From the NCBI GenBank assembly GCA_964542475.1, contig CAZIUL010000003.1, positions 19,826-83,825 on the forward strand: a stretch of DNA of 64,000 nt, in the 5' to 3' direction. The notes below the pieces were generated by a model. The model was not told where the DNA came from. It ran no database searches and saw nothing but the letters and a program-made list of their open reading frames with translations. Below, one piece after another: positions 35,671-45,661 of this stretch. Origin of the DNA: an uncultured Phycisphaerales bacterium (GTDB lineage Bacteria; Planctomycetota; B15-G4; CAYZWU01). Position numbers and translations under genes: made by a program. Positions within the stretch are counted from its first letter, which is position 1; every line of letters begins with the position of its first letter.

Positions 35671-36495
35671 TCACTCGAAAATGGCGCGGTACTCGGGCAC
35701 CACATCGTTGCAGAACGCGGCCATGCCCTCCTCTGTCTTGTGGTGGGACACCATGCTCTTGATCACCGAAAACGGAATGGTCGAGATATCCACGCCCGCC
35801 TCCGCGACCTCCCTGGCCTGCCTTGAGTTTCTCAGGCTCGCGGCAATGATCCGGCTGTCCATGTCGTGAATGGTGAGGATCTCGATTATGGACATGACCA
35901 GGTGCACGCCGCTCACGATACCGCCATCATCGAGCGGCTCATCGCTCTCTTCCGCTAGCGCGCCGTCCGCCGGGAAGTAGTCCGTCTTCTGGAAATCAAC
36001 GCCCGCCTGTTTCCTGATATCGTCGTCGATGCGGCCCGCGAACGGCGAGATGTAATCGGCCCCGGCCTTGGCGGCAAGCAGCGCCTGCTCGGGGCTCATC
36101 ACGAGCGTGCAGTTGGTGGGAATGTCATCCTGGTCAAGCTTTTTCAAAACCTTTAGCCCGGCATATATGTCACCCTCCTCGCCGGGAAGGCAGGGGTTTA
36201 CAGGCACCTTGATGACCACGTTCCCCGCTACGCCGTTGAACTTTTCATAAAGCAGGTGAGCCTCTCTCAGGATGGCTTCCTCCGAGGTGCTGATCACCTC
36301 CAGGCTGACGGGGCACTCCTCTCCGGCGGCCTCGAGGATCTGCTTTATATACCCGTCCATGCCCCCGCTCCCGCCCTTGTGCTTCTGCGAAGCCTTCTTG
36401 ATGAGCGAAGGGTTTGTTGTCACCCCATCCACGATTCCCCACGAAAAAGCCTCCCGGATCTCATCGATGTCAGCCGTGTCCACGTAAATCTGCAT
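35671..36495 (-). CDS. tal: Transaldolase / fructose-6-phosphate aldolase family protein (with insertions)
   Basis: MQIYVDTADIDEI, GVTTNPSL and VVIKVP (Schiff-base Lys) are present. At 274 aa it is longer than the ~215-aa short Tal/FSA forms. Confidence 0.7.
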   Translation of the reverse strand: MQIYVDTADIDEIREAFSWGIVDGVTTNPSLIKKASQKHKGGSGGMDGYIKQILEAAGEECPVSLEVISTSEEAILREAHLLYEKFNGVAGNVVIKVPVNPCLPGEEGDIYAGLKVLKKLDQDDIPTNCTLVMSPEQALLAAKAGADYISPFAGRIDDDIRKQAGVDFQKTDYFPADGALAEESDEPLDDGGIVSGVHLVMSIIEILTIHDMDSRIIAASLRNSRQAREVAEAGVDISTIPFSVIKSMVSHHKTEEGMAAFCNDVVPEYRAIFE

Positions 36496-36692
36496 TGCGT
36501 TCTCCTTAACCGGGCATAGCCGGAATTGTTAAAGCTTGCCCTTGCCGGGCCTGAAACAGTTGTCGTTTTCTTACAAACTAACCGGAGCGACCGGGAATGC
36601 CAAGTGATCATGTGATGATTATTTGGTAAGGGAGGGGTGTGTCCGGTTCTGGGCAGAAGATGGGAGTATATGTGGATGGTCACATCCTCGTA

Positions 36693-36770
36693 AGGCGCGC
36701 CGGTTGGACAATGGAGGGCGCCGCTCCGTCGGCGCCGGAAAGAAAGGCGGCAAGAGACTGCCGCCCTCCC
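36693..36770 (-). repeat. Repeat family C, inverted copy (ATGGAG-GGCGCCGctccgtCGGCGCC plus a second GGCGGCAagagacTGCCGCC hairpin)
   Basis: The reverse complement of 36717-36761 is near-identical to 23499-23543. It lies in the tal upstream / lptD downstream region. Confidence 0.6.
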
Positions 36771-37090
36771 AAAATAGACATGCGCCGGGAAAGGAGGAAA
36801 AAAGAAAGGGGCAATGGGCGGATCAAGCTTTCAGAATTTCAGAATCGACTTACCGGTCAACCAACTGAATCCGGAATTGTAGAGGAGTTAACTGCTACCA
36901 TCAGCTCAACGCGCCCATTGCCTACGTCAGGAAAATGGGTACATAAGTTTTATCGGTGGTCCCGGAGCTGAAGAGCAGATTTTTTTGTTTTTTTGGGGCG
37001 GTCTTTTTTGGAGGGGTTTTTGATAAATAAACTTTTATGTGTGTCCGCAATACACTCTTACCGGCCAAGCGCCCTCTCTCGTCCGGGGCA

Positions 37091-39571
37091 TCACTCGCCC
37101 TTCAATGGGTCAAAGATCGATCCCTTGTGTTTGTCGCTGAACAGCGCCAGGGGCGTGATGTTTAAAGAGACGCTCTTGTTGTTGTCCCCCCTGTCGATTT
37201 CACACTCGATCTCGAACAGCCACTGGTGAGCCCTTCTCCTGAAGATAAGCGACCTGTCCACCCAGGTTCTTTTAACGATATCGTACTGAACGCCGAGCTC
37301 CACTTCCCACTTGGGGGTGAGAAGGTACCGGAAAGCGGTTCCAAAATAGGAATGCCTGCTCCTGATCCATCTGTGGCGGAGAATCAAGGTGTAGTCGTCA
37401 TCAGGATTGATGTGAAGCCTTGAGTTCAGGGCGTCGAGCCCCTTGCGTGTCAGGTCGAACTCGCCTTCCTCGTTCAGGGTGAGCTTTTTTAGAAGCCGCC
37501 CGCTGAAAAGCGGCCTGAACCAGAGATCGAATCCGAGGTTTCCCATCCTGTGATCGTCCTCGCCGAGTCGCCTGTCCGGAAAGAACGGCAGCCTGAAGAG
37601 GCCGTCGTACATCGTATGCACCATGCCCGCCTCTTCAGGATCCCTTGTCTGGATTCTCTGCCTCACCTCGAGCGCAAGCGCGTCGCCGCGAACCGGAGTC
37701 TCCATCTCGTCGAACGGAATCAGCTTCCCCGCTTCCTTGTTTATCGCAAAGGTATCCCTGTAGACGAGCGCGGGCTCCACAATGTTGCGGATCCCGTCGA
37801 TGTTGAGAAGCCCGCTTTTGAAATCCGAAAGGGCATGGAAAAGAAGGCCGGACCTCACGCCGAACGATTCTGCAAGCCTGGCAGCCGGCTGCGAATCGTC
37901 AAGGGTTCTCTCGAAATAGGACATCCTGTTCTCATAAAAAGGGGTGATCTTCATGATCCCGGCCTTGAAAGGCGCCTCGACGAGCCCGTTGTAGTCTCCC
38001 CGGGTGAGCCTGTCGCCATCTTGCGCAAGCTCATCGTCCGGCCGGTATCGCACCTGGGAAAACTCGGTGCCGTGGCTGTAGAAAACACCGGGCATGCTGT
38101 GAACGATTGGATTGATCCCCCCGACCGGCACCGGAAGCGCGGAAAGATCCCATCGAGCCTGAGGGATGTACTCGTTCTGCGAGTCGAAATCGTTCAGCCT
38201 GAACCGTCCCAGCAACGAATAAGACTGATGGTCCTGCGCCTTGTGAAAATAGGCGTAGGTCTCCTGCTCCTTATCGGTCTTGAACTCGCTCTCGTAGTAT
38301 TCGTCCAGAAAATGGCGGTCCGTGATGTAGCTCAGCTCCAGGTCAAGGAGGTGGCCGTCCCCGAGCTCGACCCTGTTCTGGGTTCTGATCCTTCCGCGCT
38401 TGTTCTCCTCGATCGGAGCGCCGCCCCGGTCGCTGTCCGCGGAATCGTTTATGAAATACCCCTTCAGGTACCCCTTGTAGAGACCCTCGGATTCGTACTC
38501 GAGCGCAGGACCCAGGCCGATGCCCCTTTTGTCCAGCAGGCCCAGCTCCAGCTCGATGTCGCCGCGGAAACCGTTGTCGATTCCCAAGGCGGAATGCGCT
38601 TTCTTGCCGAGCTTGTCGAAGTTTTCTCCAAGGGTGATGATCGCATGGGGCCCGTACCTGGAAGATGTGCCCACTTTCAGGCGCTTGACGGGAAAGTACC
38701 AGTGCCGCCCGACCTGAAAAGATGTATCGAACAGTGGAATCTCCGCGCCTCTGATGGCAATCGATGTCCCGTTCAGCGACATTATTCCTTCCTTCGGATC
38801 GCCCTTGAGCTCGGAATGCTCTATCCTCAGCTCGTAGTGCGGGATCGAATGAACGCATGTGCTGAACGTTGCGTTTTCCATGGTATGCAGCCGGCCGCAG
38901 ACCTGTTTCAGCGCTTCAGCCTTGAAATGAAGAGGGTGCTTGCGGTCCAGGATATCCCTCTCGCCGAAGATTTGACCCGACAGAAGCACGCCCCGCTTCT
39001 CCGCCAGGTTCGTGTAAACCTGGTCACAGAGAAAAGTCGATCCCTCGTAAAGGATTTTCACATTCCCTTCCGCGTACAGCTCCATCGGTTCCCGCGCCCA
39101 GGGAGAATCGCTTTTCTCCTCGGAAGGCTTCTCCCCCTTTGCAGGCGCCTTCTCCTGATCTTCGGAAGGCGCGCCCGGACCGGCGCTTTCCGGCCACCCC
39201 CCGGGATCGCGGGTAAGGTAGCCGTACTCGTACTTGTCGCTCTTTAAGATGTTGAACAGCCTGTTCGACCCCGTGTAGTCGTACCACAGGACCGCGCTGT
39301 CAGCCCAGACCTGGGTATCGCTCATGGAGATGTGAACCGAGCCGTGCAGGATCACGATCCTGTAATCCCCGTCAACGAAAGACTGTACGTTCTTCCCATC
39401 CAAAGAAAGGATTTCGCCTTCGGGCGTGGGTGTCCGGATTACAACATCGGTGTCTTTTTCCTCTTCGTCGGCACAAAAAATGAACGGGGATTGCATGCAG
39501 AAAAACATGGCTGCCCACGCGGCAACAAGGATACGGGCCCTTCGCAGCCCTGCTTTTTCAGTAGCTGACAA
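37091..39571 (-). CDS. lptD: LPS-assembly outer-membrane protein LptD (OstA family)
   Basis: 826 aa. It has a signal peptide and an OstA-like N-domain motif (LYAEGNVKILYEGSTFLCDQVYTNLAEKRGVLL). The C-terminal half is beta-rich, and kdsD lies in the same neighbourhood. Confidence 0.55.
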   Translation of the reverse strand: MSATEKAGLRRARILVAAWAAMFFCMQSPFIFCADEEEKDTDVVIRTPTPEGEILSLDGKNVQSFVDGDYRIVILHGSVHISMSDTQVWADSAVLWYDYTGSNRLFNILKSDKYEYGYLTRDPGGWPESAGPGAPSEDQEKAPAKGEKPSEEKSDSPWAREPMELYAEGNVKILYEGSTFLCDQVYTNLAEKRGVLLSGQIFGERDILDRKHPLHFKAEALKQVCGRLHTMENATFSTCVHSIPHYELRIEHSELKGDPKEGIMSLNGTSIAIRGAEIPLFDTSFQVGRHWYFPVKRLKVGTSSRYGPHAIITLGENFDKLGKKAHSALGIDNGFRGDIELELGLLDKRGIGLGPALEYESEGLYKGYLKGYFINDSADSDRGGAPIEENKRGRIRTQNRVELGDGHLLDLELSYITDRHFLDEYYESEFKTDKEQETYAYFHKAQDHQSYSLLGRFRLNDFDSQNEYIPQARWDLSALPVPVGGINPIVHSMPGVFYSHGTEFSQVRYRPDDELAQDGDRLTRGDYNGLVEAPFKAGIMKITPFYENRMSYFERTLDDSQPAARLAESFGVRSGLLFHALSDFKSGLLNIDGIRNIVEPALVYRDTFAINKEAGKLIPFDEMETPVRGDALALEVRQRIQTRDPEEAGMVHTMYDGLFRLPFFPDRRLGEDDHRMGNLGFDLWFRPLFSGRLLKKLTLNEEGEFDLTRKGLDALNSRLHINPDDDYTLILRHRWIRSRHSYFGTAFRYLLTPKWEVELGVQYDIVKRTWVDRSLIFRRRAHQWLFEIECEIDRGDNNKSVSLNITPLALFSDKHKGSIFDPLKGE

Positions 39572-42500
39572 TCGCGATCTCCTCCATCACCGGGCGCACA
39601 ATAACCGTTTTTCCCCTGATGAACGTGCTCCCATCGATCACGATATTCACCGGCTCTCCCAGGCCGTCGGTTTGAATCTCGTCCTTCAGGAAATCCCAGC
39701 TCAACCGGTTGCAATCGATCGAGTAGCTCTTGCTCTTCATCGCGATGTTCAGCAGAACGTTGTCCATGGCCTCGATCCGCTTGATCATGTTTCCGTCCTC
39801 TTCCGGAACAGGCTCGCCGCCGTTTTTTATCATGGCCCTGTAAGATTCATAATCCATGGCGGAAGGCTTTGAAAGAAGAGGGCTCTGCAGAAAATAGACC
39901 AGGAGCAGATCGCAATCCAGTGTACGCTTTCCTTCCTGCGCCCCGCTGGTGTGGACCAGGGAAACCGGGCCCTTGAACTCGAGCACATCGTTGCGCAGCC
40001 GGATCTCATCGACGCAATCGATGCTGATACGGCTCCATGTGCTGCTGCCCTGGTCGTACTGGTTCAGGACAACCGTCCCGCCCCGATCGATAAAAGCAGT
40101 GGAATCCCCAAGGTTCATGTCCACTCTTGTGGATGTGACGGAATCCAGGATGGTGGGATCCAGGGCTGTTGGAATCGACACTTGTGCGGGGCTTTCCGCT
40201 GTTCCGACCAGGGACAGCACCTCGCTTTCGCTGCCGTAGTTAAAGTCCGTGCATGTGGAGCGCGGACCTTTTTCGCCGCTCCGGACAGACGAGCTCCCCT
40301 TGCCGCTGACATAGATGTGCTCCGCGCCTTCCGGGCGCTCGATCTCTATCGTGTCGGCGGATGCATACACCGTTTCCAGGCCGCCCTCACCCATCAAGGA
40401 CTGCCCGCTTTCGCTGTTGTCGCCGCCGTCTTTCTTCCGCTCGAACATTGCGGCTGGAATGACCGCGTCAGCTTTCCGGCGCGCGATCAGCCGAACATCA
40501 TCGCCTGTATAAACATCGATATCTCCGGCATGAATAGTACACGGGTCCGGCAAGCCGGGATCAATGAACGAAATCGAGGCGGAACAGTCGTCTGCCTCGG
40601 TGTGAAACTCCATGGATCCGGAGTCGCGGTTGCCAAGAGAAAGAAAGTCGCCTTCCGATGAAAAGCCCAGCTCCGGACAATCGAGATTTCCGTCCCCCCT
40701 GACCTCGAGGGAGGAAAGCGCCCCGTCAATGACCTGGAGGCTGAAAGCCTTGTTGCCTGTGATGTCGAGCACTCTTATCCCGCCCCTGAGCATCCGGATA
40801 TGGAAATCGCCGTTTTTGATGGATAACGTCTGCTTGGGTCCGGCCGGATCTTCTATGCCAAGAAGCCTGAACTCCCCGCAGCCGTTGATCTCGACCCTGC
40901 CGCCCGAGGCCTGCCCGGCGCCGGACATGGGTTCGGCTTCCCCGGTTTTTTCGGCTTCCTCCGTTTCCTCCGCTGCCGTGTCGAACAGGCTGAATGAGCG
41001 GATACGAGGAAGTTCTTCGACTTCTGATGTGCACACAAATGTGTCGTTTGCGGAGATCTCCGTAACATCCGGGTACAGCTCGATGTTGATGACAGCGGAA
41101 CGAATAGTCATTTGCTCGCCTTCGAGCCGGCTTTCTTCGGGATCCGACAGCACAAGGCTGCTGATGTAGCCGTCCGCCGCCTCGGTGTAGTTATAGGAAA
41201 AGCTGCTGCATGCCAGATCGAACTCCTGAATGTGGCCGGTAACATTTCCGTTGGCCTTGAACTCTTTCACCAGCAAGGCGGTGCCGTCCCCGTTGCTTTT
41301 ACCCGTGAAGGATCCTCCTTCTTTTTTTTCGTCCTTTGTCACCAGGAAGGAAACGGTATCGGCTTTCAAGAGGTGCGGGCCGGGATTCTCTTTTTCGTCC
41401 ATCAAAACGCCGCCGTCCATATTCACGATGAAGCGGTCTTTCGACGCATCCTCGGACTCGAACGATTCGATCTCGATACGTTCTCCGCAATCCAGCTTCA
41501 TCAGAGAAAGCGATTCATCCCTGGACAGCGAAGAGAAAAGCGGCATGGAAACGTTGTCGATCTCAGGGGTTCCGGTCAGGATGAAAACATCCTTATCTTT
41601 TTCCCTGCGAAAAGTCAGCTCATCGCAGTAAACCGTGTAACCCTCCCCATTCAGGGTGGTTCTGTTGGCCTCCGATGCTCCGTGCATCTCCTTTATCTCA
41701 ATCTCCCCCTGAGAAGATTCGATGAACTCGGCCACAAGAACGTCACAGGAAAAGCTCTGCTTCTCGCGGGTTACCACGACATCGTTTTTTATCTCCAAAC
41801 GGCTCGGGGATTTTTCAACACCATCATCATCCCGGCCTGATGAACCGTTGTTCGATGAAGCGGATCCGAGCTTGCCTGGCATCTTGAGAAGAAGCGGTCC
41901 TGCCGCGGAGATGTAAATTGGTGAAGAGGATTCCCGCCCCTTCGCCTCCTTCTCCTTCTTCTTCTCGGGAGCAGCATCTTCCCGAAAACCGGAAAGGTCG
42001 GAAAGTTCGAGGTTCTCGGCTTCGATTCGTATGTTTTTCTGCAGCACGAACTCCGACGATTCCAGGTCCAGCTCCATGCCGTCCCCGGCAACAACGATGC
42101 CTTCCCTGGAGATTGTAATCCGCTCCGTTGAATCGAAACGGCTTTTGCGGCAGATGAGGTCGTTGGTCCTCACCGAAAAGGACTGCTTTCCTGTTCGGGG
42201 ATCAAATGCGTTTATTTTTATGTTGTCCTTGAGCACGAAAAAGTCCGGCTTGAACTCCGTGCGCATATCCAACCCTTCAACCGGAGCAGGAGAATAGAAC
42301 TCCGCCCGGTCGGAGGTGCCCTTGGCGATGATGCGCTCCTCCAGCGGCTTCTCGTGCCTGGATTTGTCATAAAAAACGAAGCTGATCTCCTCGCCTTCGA
42401 ACTTCTTGGCCCCGGCCGGCGTGAGCTTGCCTATGGACAGGTGTCCGGTTTGAACCCTGATCTCGTTCCCCTGCTTGTCCTCTATGAGCTCGTAGCGTGG

Positions 42501-42689
42501 AAACTCACCCCCCAGGATGTACGGTTTTTTTTCCAGTGACGGGGGCAGATCAACAGGCGAGTCCGGGATGACCGGTAATATGAACTCCTTGCTCGGGGGA
42601 AGCTCCTTTTCCCGCGTTATCATCTGTATCACGGTGATAATGACTACCGCCAGCGCGGAAAGAACGATTATATAGATGAAGCGTTTCAT
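39558..42689 (-). CDS. Large membrane-anchored periplasmic protein (1043 aa), possibly with LptC/LptA (OstA_N)-like repeats
   Basis: It has a single N-terminal TM (IYIIVLSALAVVIITVI). Segments such as NDLICRKSRFDSTERITISREGIVVAGDGMELDLESSEFVLQKNIRI resemble the Lpt beta-jellyroll motif. It overlaps the lptD start by 14 bp. Confidence 0.4.
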   Translation of the reverse strand: MKRFIYIIVLSALAVVIITVIQMITREKELPPSKEFILPVIPDSPVDLPPSLEKKPYILGGEFPRYELIEDKQGNEIRVQTGHLSIGKLTPAGAKKFEGEEISFVFYDKSRHEKPLEERIIAKGTSDRAEFYSPAPVEGLDMRTEFKPDFFVLKDNIKINAFDPRTGKQSFSVRTNDLICRKSRFDSTERITISREGIVVAGDGMELDLESSEFVLQKNIRIEAENLELSDLSGFREDAAPEKKKEKEAKGRESSSPIYISAAGPLLLKMPGKLGSASSNNGSSGRDDDGVEKSPSRLEIKNDVVVTREKQSFSCDVLVAEFIESSQGEIEIKEMHGASEANRTTLNGEGYTVYCDELTFRREKDKDVFILTGTPEIDNVSMPLFSSLSRDESLSLMKLDCGERIEIESFESEDASKDRFIVNMDGGVLMDEKENPGPHLLKADTVSFLVTKDEKKEGGSFTGKSNGDGTALLVKEFKANGNVTGHIQEFDLACSSFSYNYTEAADGYISSLVLSDPEESRLEGEQMTIRSAVINIELYPDVTEISANDTFVCTSEVEELPRIRSFSLFDTAAEETEEAEKTGEAEPMSGAGQASGGRVEINGCGEFRLLGIEDPAGPKQTLSIKNGDFHIRMLRGGIRVLDITGNKAFSLQVIDGALSSLEVRGDGNLDCPELGFSSEGDFLSLGNRDSGSMEFHTEADDCSASISFIDPGLPDPCTIHAGDIDVYTGDDVRLIARRKADAVIPAAMFERKKDGGDNSESGQSLMGEGGLETVYASADTIEIERPEGAEHIYVSGKGSSSVRSGEKGPRSTCTDFNYGSESEVLSLVGTAESPAQVSIPTALDPTILDSVTSTRVDMNLGDSTAFIDRGGTVVLNQYDQGSSTWSRISIDCVDEIRLRNDVLEFKGPVSLVHTSGAQEGKRTLDCDLLLVYFLQSPLLSKPSAMDYESYRAMIKNGGEPVPEEDGNMIKRIEAMDNVLLNIAMKSKSYSIDCNRLSWDFLKDEIQTDGLGEPVNIVIDGSTFIRGKTVIVRPVMEEIAIVSY

Positions 42690-42738
42690 ATCTTCTGGAC
42701 TCTATCCGAACAACTGCCTTCCGGCCTGCACACAACCG

Positions 42739-43737
42739 TCAGACGATTCGTACTGTCAACAGATCCTGGACATCTACTATCCCGACCGGTTTCCCGTTTT
42801 CGTCGATCACCGGAATCTGGTCGATCTTGTTCTCTCTCAGGATGCGCAGGGCTTCCCCGGCAAGTTTGTCGTAAAAAATGGATTTGGGCTGCTGTGTCAT
42901 TATCCCGGCAATGGGTTTCTCGAAAACGGAGAAGTCGCCGCTTTCCATGGCTGCCTCCAGGCGCCGCCTGAGATCGCCGTCCGTGTAAAACCCGACAAGC
43001 TTGCCGTCCTTGTCAACGATGCTCACCGCTCCGGGCTTTCCTGGCGTATGCGTCATGACCGAGAGCGCTTCCATCACCTTTTTGTCCTCGCGGATCAACG
43101 GGTTCTGCTCTCCGGCCCGCATCACATCCGTGACCTTCAAAAGCTTCTGCCCCAGAGCGCCCGCCGGATGGAAGAGGGCGAACTCCTCCTTGGAGAAGTG
43201 CCGCCTTCGCAGCGTTGCCATTGCAACCGCGTCGCCGATGGCGAGCATGATGGTCGTGCTCGTGGTGGGTGTCAGCCCCAGCGGGCATGCCTCCGCCACC
43301 TCTCCGTAGCAGATGGGAACATCGCTGTACTTGGCAAGGGGAGATTTCGCGTCGCTGGTGATGGAGATCAGGCAGGCGCCGATCTTCTTGACAGCGTTGA
43401 GAAGGTTTACTATCTCCCGCGTTGTCCCGCTGTTGGACAGGGCCAGGACCACGTCCTCCTTTTTTATCCTCCCCAGGTCTCCGTGGAGCGCCTCCGCGGC
43501 GTGCAGGAAAAGCGACGGAGTCCCCGTGCTCGCCAGTGTCGCCGAAATCTTCTGCCCGATTATGCCGGCCTTTCCGATCCCGGTGACAACGACCCGCCCG
43601 TCGCAGGCGAGAACCTTGTCCACCGCCTCCACGATCGGGTTGTCAACGATTTCGCCGAGGTTCGCAATCGCCCGCGCCTCTGTCTCGAAAACGTGCCTGA
43701 CACCAGCGACAACATCTTTCCTTTTTTCCGGGTCCAT
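42739..43737 (-). CDS. kdsD: Arabinose-5-phosphate isomerase (KdsD/KpsF/GutQ; SIS + tandem CBS)
   Basis: It has an SIS domain (VVVTGIGKAGIIGQKISATLASTG) and two C-terminal CBS domains. The gene is 332 aa. Confidence 0.85.
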   Translation of the reverse strand: MDPEKRKDVVAGVRHVFETEARAIANLGEIVDNPIVEAVDKVLACDGRVVVTGIGKAGIIGQKISATLASTGTPSLFLHAAEALHGDLGRIKKEDVVLALSNSGTTREIVNLLNAVKKIGACLISITSDAKSPLAKYSDVPICYGEVAEACPLGLTPTTSTTIMLAIGDAVAMATLRRRHFSKEEFALFHPAGALGQKLLKVTDVMRAGEQNPLIREDKKVMEALSVMTHTPGKPGAVSIVDKDGKLVGFYTDGDLRRRLEAAMESGDFSVFEKPIAGIMTQQPKSIFYDKLAGEALRILRENKIDQIPVIDENGKPVGIVDVQDLLTVRIV

Positions 43738-43944
43738 TATGAAATCCTAGTCAAGGGCCTGCTCTGCCTCCCACTCGGGCAGATACGCAGATTTTAATCC
43801 GTTCGAAAAAGAAATCGAACCATAATCGGGCATTTTATTATAACCGAAACATAGGTATATTCCGCTGGATAAGAAAGGTGCTGATAAACGAATCATTGAG
43901 GGAAACGGTAAATACCGGCTGTGGCGGGTGCCGGCCGGAAACAA

Positions 43945-45661
43945 AGGAACAGTCATGAACCCTCTCGAAAAGAACGAAACGTTTCGCCCCAGGCCGGGGT
44001 CCCTTGTGCTTGTCATCATGGACGGAGTTGGCGAAGGCCCTGAAAACGAGGGAAACGCCGTCCGGCTGGCACACACGCCCACGCTCGACAGGATCCGGGA
44101 GAAACACCCCCGCATGCTGCTTTCGGCTCACGGACCGGCCGTGGGGATGCCGTCCGGGGACGACATGGGCAACTCGGAGGTGGGACACAACGCGCTGGGT
44201 GCCGGCCGCATCTTCGACCAGGGGGCCAAGCTTGTGAGCTCAGCCATCGAAGACCGCAGCCTGTTCGACGAAGAGACATGGAAAGCGCTCATGGACAGGT
44301 GCCTGTCCGGCAAGGGCGCGCTCCACCTGATCGGGCTGCTCTCCGACGGAAACGTGCACAGCCACATCGACCACCTGTTCGCCCTGATCAGGCAGGCGGA
44401 CAAGGCGGGCGTGAAAACCGTTTTCGTCCACACTCTGCTGGACGGCAGGGATGTTCCCGAGGACTCGGCCCTGGAGTACATCCGGCCGCTCGAGGCGCTT
44501 CTCGAAAAGGTTCGCGCAAAGTCCGGGCGGAACTACTGCATCGCTTCGGGCGGGGGCAGGATGAACGTTACAATGGACCGCTACTTTGCGGACTGGTCCG
44601 TTGTGAAGCGCGGCTGGGATGCTCATGTGCACGGAAAGGGAAGGGCTTTTGAGAGCGCGGAAGAGGCGATCCAGGCCTCTCGTGATGAGCAGGCAGGCAT
44701 TGGGGACCAGTTCCATTCCGAGTTTGTTGTTGTGCGAGACGGCAAGCCGAAGGGCACGATCCGGGACGGGGACGCGGTTGTTTTCTTCAACTTCAGGGGT
44801 GACAGGGCGATCGAGATCTCAATGGCTTTCGAGAACGAGGAGTTCAACGGATTCGACCGCGGGCAAAGGCCGGATGTCATGTACGCCGGCATGATGCAGT
44901 ACGACGGTGACCTGAAGCTGCCCAAGCGGTTCCTCGTTCCTCCGCCGGCAATAGACCGCACGGTCGGCGAGTACCTGGCAAAAAGCGGGGTGCGCCAGCT
45001 TGCGCTCTCCGAAACCCAAAAATACGGCCATGTCACCTACTTCTGGAACGGCAACCGGAGCGGCAAGTTCGACGACGAGCTGGAGACCTACATCGAAATC
45101 CCTTCCGATATCATTCCGTTCGAGCAGCGGCCGTGGATGAAGGCCGCGGAAATAACCGATGCCCTGCTGAAAGAGCTCGACACCGGCAGATACCCGTTCG
45201 CCAGGGTAAACCTCGCAAACGGCGACATGGTGGGGCACACCGGAGTCCTCCGGGCCACCAGGATCGGAGTCGAAGCGGTCGACCTTGCGCTCGAGCGGAT
45301 CATCAACAAGGTCGAGGCCCTGAAAGGGGTCGTACTGGTCACCGCGGACCACGGCAATGCGGACGAGATGTTCGAGCTGGACAAAAAAACCGGCAAGGTA
45401 AAAACGGAAAAAAGCGGACACCCCAAGGTCAGAACCAGCCACACCCTGAACCCGGTCCCCTTCATCATCGTGGACCCGGCGTTCCAGAACGAATACCGCT
45501 TCAACCGATCGATAGAAGAACCGGGCCTCGGCAACGTGGCTTCCACCATCCTCTTTTTCCTGGGGTACAAACCGCCGGAGGGGTATGAACCGGCATTGGT
45601 GGGAAATTCGGAATTCACCGTGCCCGTTCGAGACGGATTACCTGCTCAACCTCCTCGATGA
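43945..45661 (+). CDS. gpmI: 2,3-bisphosphoglycerate-independent phosphoglycerate mutase
   Basis: LVIMDGVGEGPENEGNAVRLAHTPTLD is the iPGM N-terminal signature. The product is ~570 aa. Confidence 0.9.

Noticed and set aside
37550-39247. 565-aa plus-strand ORF
   Set aside because: It is antisense to lptD.
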